Made by a program: the position numbers and the translations under genes. The notes below the pieces were generated by a model. The model worked only from the letters and a program-made list of their open reading frames with translations, searched no databases and was not told the DNA's origin. A DNA stretch of 63,816 bases, the filler included, from Dimorphilus gyrociliatus (taxonomy: Eukaryota > Animalia > Annelida): NCBI GenBank assembly GCA_904063045.1. It is 5 parts of 5 records of this genome, joined end to end, with 100 filler letters (N's around TTAATTAATTAA, not from the genome) between each part and the next. Parts side by side here need not be neighbours in the genome. Positions count along the whole stretch, not along the records: positions 53,984 to 63,816 come from CAJFCJ010000282.1; 4 more parts are not named here. The stretch is one strand, 5' to 3'. This document shows positions 59,699-63,816 of the stretch, piece by piece. The number at the start of each line of letters is the position of its first letter. The stretch's first letter is position 1.

Positions 59699-60112
59699 CA
59701 ATCACACTGCCAATTGACCAAAGATTGGATGGCTATGGCCATGATTCCTGAAAATCCAATTTTTACGTAAAGAAAACTATAACTCATACTTATAATTTTG
59801 GGAGCTATAGGTATAGAAGAAATATTTGGTATAAAAAACCTAGGTATCCAAGCAGGCGGTGCTACAGATGAGTATTTACGTGGGCGAACAACAAGGAGCT
59901 AAAGCTAGTTGGTAGTTATAAGCCATCGCGCAGTATGTAAAAAATAAAATAGAGCACCATTGCTATTATAAAGAAATAGTTCTGACACTCTATTTTGTTA
60001 AGATTATCAATATTACTGATTAAACACTAATGAGAATATAGACAGGTGAATTATATTATTAGAATGTACGATGCAGTACATTCTATAGCATAATCTGTCT
60101 TTAATATATTAG

Positions 60113-60937
60113 CTAAATAATATGTTCAGTTATATTTAGTATTTTAGCATATGCACCAACAGGGAAATTGTTTAATTTTTCAAAATCAGTGCCATCATAC
60201 CCAATGATTTTCCCTGTTGTCTTGAGGTTTTCAAGGTCAATCATTATCACACCCGCCGTTGGTATTATTTTCTCACACCAAACGAAAAAGTATAATTCAT
60301 GGTCGATTTTATAATAGTAGCAAGTGTCAGTGTCTGCCAACCCTTTTTCAACACCTTTTAAACACTGCCATGAGTAATAGTTTTGGTTCAAATATACATG
60401 TTCATATGATTCATTCGGACTATACGTATATTGAATTCTCTTACCGATTAAATCACATGTGGTTTTGTGACCTCGGCCTTTAATATAAGAGCTGCCAATG
60501 GAGAATTGTATGAATTCTGTATCAACGGCCGTTAATGAATCACCATCAATGATTCGCTGGTATGCAGGGCGCATTGTGTTTTTTTGAGATGGCATTCGAT
60601 TGATAACAGCGGTTCCGTTATTTGTATTTAGATTAATAACAAGACTCACGCTGGTTGCTTTTTCCTTAGACTTGATAAAATCAATAAAGTAAATGCCTTC
60701 TCTAATACTTGTGGCGGTGTAGTGTTCTGTTATTTTTTCTCCTGCGCCATTGCCTTCTAATATCTCCCAAGTTAAACGGTTATCTTTGTGAAATATATGT
60801 TGAATCAGCCATCCATTCTCCATATGGAAATCCAATGTTTTACCATCTAAATCATTAACAAATTTCAATGTATTGGCGTTTGAAGCGAACCCTGCCGCTA
60901 AGTCTCCGACTTGAACCCATTCTGTTTGAATACTCAT
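60113..60937 (-). CDS. MoaF-family protein (two beta-barrel domains)
   Basis: W..VG.LA.GF; IREGIYFIDF; LIGKRIQYTYSPNESYEHVYLN; GVEKGLADTD; W.EKIIP. Confidence 0.8.
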   Translation of the reverse strand: MSIQTEWVQVGDLAAGFASNANTLKFVNDLDGKTLDFHMENGWLIQHIFHKDNRLTWEILEGNGAGEKITEHYTATSIREGIYFIDFIKSKEKATSVSLVINLNTNNGTAVINRMPSQKNTMRPAYQRIIDGDSLTAVDTEFIQFSIGSSYIKGRGHKTTCDLIGKRIQYTYSPNESYEHVYLNQNYYSWQCLKGVEKGLADTDTCYYYKIDHELYFFVWCEKIIPTAGVIMIDLENLKTTGKIIGYDGTDFEKLNNFPVGAYAKILNITEHII

Positions 60938-60980
60938 TTATTACCCTTGTGGATGCTCATCTCTAATACTTTATAGTTTT

Positions 60981-61343
60981 TTATTGAGACAATGATAAAT
61001 AATGTTTAACAAAATACTCAGAAAGTACATGCCACTCGATTTTGCTGCCCTGCGCTACAAACCAAGAATCACCCGGTCCAAAAGTTTCCTCTTCACCTGT
61101 ATCTAGATTCTTTAGCATTAGCTTTCCTTCCAAAATTGTTGCGTGCTCAGTAAAAGGATATTGCATTGAGAACACACCTTGTGTGCATTTAAAAATAGCA
61201 CAGGTGATGGCATCTTCTGGTGAACCGTCTATCATTGAAATGCTAGCTTGAGGATCCCCTTCAATAACGGTAGAGCCCAAGTTAGTCACGCTCCCGATCT
61301 TTACCAATTCCGGCAGAGTGCTATTGAGTAATATTGCTTTCAT
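60981..61343 (-). CDS. Cupin_3 (DUF861/EutQ-like) protein
   Basis: YPFTEHATILEG...FGPGDSWFV..G....W. Confidence 0.85.
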   Translation of the reverse strand: MKAILLNSTLPELVKIGSVTNLGSTVIEGDPQASISMIDGSPEDAITCAIFKCTQGVFSMQYPFTEHATILEGKLMLKNLDTGEEETFGPGDSWFVAQGSKIEWHVLSEYFVKHYLSLSQ

Positions 61344-61387
61344 AATTTAATCCTTATTAGTAGGAGTTTAGTAAAATGTCGCTAATT

Positions 61388-62689
61388 TTAACGACGTCCT
61401 GTCCAATAACCTGAGATTTGATGCCACATTTTCCCTCCCGTTAACAACGCTGGTGCCATATAGTCTTTTCCAAGTACGTTTATATGAGGGATGTTACTAA
61501 TGAGTTCGTATCTGTCAGTTTTTTCACTCATACCTTCTGCTAGCACTTTACATACGATATGACTTGGTGTGACACCAAACCCCGAATAACCTTGAACATA
61601 AAATACGTTGGGGTGTCTATCTAATGTACCCATTTGAGGGAATAAACTCACTCCACAGCAAAGGGGACCACCCCATGCCATATCAATGTTGACCTTGTCT
61701 AAATAAGGAAAAATCTTTAGCATTTGATCACGATTCCAAGCTTTAAGATCTTTAGGAATATACTCAAGTGCGCGAGTCGCGGCACCGAATAACAACCTAT
61801 TTTCATTTGTTACTCGGTAGTAATCGATCACAGGACGGATGTCGCTGTATGCCCCACGAATAGGACTTATTTGTTCTATCAAATCATCAGAGAGGGGTTC
61901 AGTTGCAAGTTGGAAAGCATAAGTATTAATGGTTTTCTTATGTAATTCAGGTTCCATTCCATCAAGAAATCCGTTGCAAGCCCAAAGCAGCTTCTTGGCT
62001 TTTACGCTACCAGTAGGTGTTCTTACTGTAATAGTCGAGCCATACTCAACGGATATTGCCATTGAGTTTTCATAAATTTTCACACCATATATCTCTGATA
62101 CTGCTTTTGCCTCACCTAGCAACAAGTTTAGAGAGTGAACATGGCCGGCCCCCATGTGTTTGAGTGCACAGGTGTAGGCATCAGAACCCACAACTGTTTT
62201 TACGTCCGAGCCCGTTAGGATTTGGATGTCTTCGTTCGGTGAGACCGCAGAGAATTCTCTTTCCCAAGCCCGTAGAGTCTTTTCTTGACGTGCATTACTT
62301 CCTAAATAGGCGTAGCCATGGCGAAAGTCCGCATCAATATTATATTTCTCAACTCGAGCTTTAATAATGGCGGCACCCAAGTTACCAATTTTGAATAATT
62401 CCGCCAGGCTTTCTGGGCCAACATGCTTTTTGATCGTGTCCAGATCATGTCCAAGGCCTGCCATAATTTGGCCACCATTTCGGCCAGTTCCACCGTAGCC
62501 AAGATATCTACCTTCGAGAATAACGGTATTGGTAATACCTTTTTCAGCTAACTCTAACGCTGTGTTTATGCCAGTAAAGCCGCCACCGATTATGACCACG
62601 TCAGCTTCGAGATCTTTTGATAGCCTAGGAAAGCTCAGGTCATATTTTTTTGTAGCGGCATAATAAGTCAGAGAATCTAAATTTCTCAT
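61388..62689 (-). CDS. FAD-dependent amine oxidoreductase, PuuB/DadA family
   Basis: DVVIIGGGFTG, GGTGRNGGQ, DYYRVT...RLLFG, AWGG, QGYSGFGV. Confidence 0.9.
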   Translation of the reverse strand: MRNLDSLTYYAATKKYDLSFPRLSKDLEADVVIIGGGFTGINTALELAEKGITNTVILEGRYLGYGGTGRNGGQIMAGLGHDLDTIKKHVGPESLAELFKIGNLGAAIIKARVEKYNIDADFRHGYAYLGSNARQEKTLRAWEREFSAVSPNEDIQILTGSDVKTVVGSDAYTCALKHMGAGHVHSLNLLLGEAKAVSEIYGVKIYENSMAISVEYGSTITVRTPTGSVKAKKLLWACNGFLDGMEPELHKKTINTYAFQLATEPLSDDLIEQISPIRGAYSDIRPVIDYYRVTNENRLLFGAATRALEYIPKDLKAWNRDQMLKIFPYLDKVNIDMAWGGPLCCGVSLFPQMGTLDRHPNVFYVQGYSGFGVTPSHIVCKVLAEGMSEKTDRYELISNIPHINVLGKDYMAPALLTGGKMWHQISGYWTGRR

Positions 62690-62866
62690 CTTAATTCCTT
62701 TTATTGTGCGTAAGACCCGTTTATCTAATCACGCTTATTTTCGAGCGACTATCAACCGTTAGGCTGATATGTAGATAAAAAGTTAAATGCAACAAAAAAG
62801 TAACACTTCATCCTTATGGTTGATTTCTTTCTTTTTCAAATTCCACTGTAATGGAAAGGTCACTTA

Positions 62867-63400
62867 ATGATGGACCGCCTAATGAGCAATGGAATTAACG
62901 TAATCATTTACGCATCAGATATTGGAAAGGGAAGTCGACGAGCTTTTCTTATCGCAGTACAAGAAGCTGTGAAGCATCAAGCAGAGATTATTTATGTTCA
63001 TGCTATTGATAAGGTGAACAAAATTACGCCAGATGCATCGCACTCTTTGCTCCCTAAAAATATCGAGCAGAATCATTCTGTGCAACAAAGAGAGTCGATA
63101 CGTTCTTCTATCAGAAGTAGGATTGAGAGATTTGTAACAACAGAACTGTCTTCGCTGGAAGACATTCCTCGGTTTGCTATTAGTATTCAATTTGGCTCAC
63201 CGGAAAAAACGATTATAAATGCATCTAAGCAATACGGTGCAGGGATGATAGTCATGGGTAATCGAGAAGTGAGTGCGTTATCTAAAGTATTTCTCGGCTC
63301 CACGGCTAATAAGGTAGTACAAAATTCAACAGTACCAGTCTTAATTGTCCCGTTGCTCGACGACAATGAAAGTAAAAATACTATTTCAGGAATGAATTGA
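62867..63400 (+). CDS. Universal stress protein (UspA family)
   Basis: IIYASD, YVHAID, FGSPEKTII, MIVMG, FLGSTANKVV...PVLIVP. Confidence 0.92.
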   Translation: MMDRLMSNGINVIIYASDIGKGSRRAFLIAVQEAVKHQAEIIYVHAIDKVNKITPDASHSLLPKNIEQNHSVQQRESIRSSIRSRIERFVTTELSSLEDIPRFAISIQFGSPEKTIINASKQYGAGMIVMGNREVSALSKVFLGSTANKVVQNSTVPVLIVPLLDDNESKNTISGMN

Positions 63401-63414
63401 TATAAGGAATTATC

Positions 63415-63816
63415 ATGAAAAATATTGCTACCATATTAATAGCCATTTTATCGCTATTTCTCACTTCAGTAACGGCTAATGCGAGTGAATACCCAAATCG
63501 ACCAGTGAAGTACATAGTGCCATGGCCCGCTGGTGATCTTGAGGATATATTGACTCGACTAATCGCTGAAGAGATGGCAAATGAAACCGGTAAACCAGCA
63601 ACGGTAGTTAACAAACCTGGAGGGGCTGGGATCATTGGTGCCGCTGGGGTGTCTCGGGCCAGAGCTGATGGGCTTACTATTGGCTCATTTGTCGCCGATC
63701 TTTTAACTACTCAAATTCTGTCAGGTAATGCACCGTATGATCAAGACACATTTGAACCAGTGGGGATCTTCCTTGATTATCCATTTGTAATCGCTGTGAA
63801 AGCCGATGCGCCCTAT
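63415..63816 (+). CDS. tctC: Tripartite tricarboxylate transporter substrate-binding protein (TctC/Bug), 3'-truncated; absent from the ORF track
   Basis: RBS AAGGA then ATG at 63415; MKNIATILIAILSLFLTSVTANA-SEYPNRPVKYIVPWPAG...VVNKPGGAGIIGA...ADG.T; open to the window end. Confidence 0.88.
   Translation, partial: MKNIATILIAILSLFLTSVTANASEYPNRPVKYIVPWPAGDLEDILTRLIAEEMANETGKPATVVNKPGGAGIIGAAGVSRARADGLTIGSFVADLLTTQILSGNAPYDQDTFEPVGIFLDYPFVIAVKADAPY

Noticed and set aside
59810-59848. Second NanR operator (GGTATA, GGTATA, GGTATC)
   Set aside because: Spacings of 18 and 15 bp do not fit, and there is no downstream plus-strand gene to regulate.
60113-60937. Molybdenum cofactor biosynthesis role
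   Set aside because: No moa/moe/mod genes nearby; the family name alone does not support the function.
36432-63635. Short antisense or alternate-frame ORFs (e.g. 36432-36731, 38145-38360, 49290-49601, 54020-54301, 56943-57242, 61042-61251, 62915-63190, 63381-63635)
   Set aside because: They are shadows of well-supported genes on the other strand or frame and have no motifs of their own.

Overview
This window is not one chromosome region. It is five separate contigs joined by an identical artificial 100-bp spacer (44 N + TTAATTAATTAA + 44 N). Contigs A (1-16580), B (16681-31217), C (31318-40956) and D (41057-53883) are AT-rich animal DNA with very short GT-AG introns. Their genes point to a compact-genome invertebrate, probably a lophotrochozoan; a miniature annelid such as Dimorphilus is a guess, not established. 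They carry an orphan class-A GPCR, a tandem two-module MOXD1/DBH-like gene, an innexin, a CLCA, a GRL101-like LDLa-LRR-GPCR, a Ly6/three-finger cluster, Tc1 and MULE relics, several MITEs and an envelope-bearing Ty3/Gypsy element. Contig E (53984-63816) is bacterial (Gammaproteobacteria-like). It holds a sialic-acid/nonulosonate-type locus (TRAP large subunit, YhcH, DapA-like aldolase, GntR-type NanR, GH33 sialidase), a PuuB-like oxidase/cupin/MoaF-family operon, a USP and a truncated TctC. The leading candidates for new biology are: (1) the Gypsy element, with a tandem SUMO-interacting-motif-like array inside Pol and a rhabdovirus-G-like env, all of whose breaks can be read as -1 shifts; (2) the double-module monooxygenase that has lost copper ligands in both halves; (3) the non-canonical nonulosonate catabolic locus; (4) Mutator-type MITEs with telomere-like cores. 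All family assignments come from motif recognition by eye; no searches were run.
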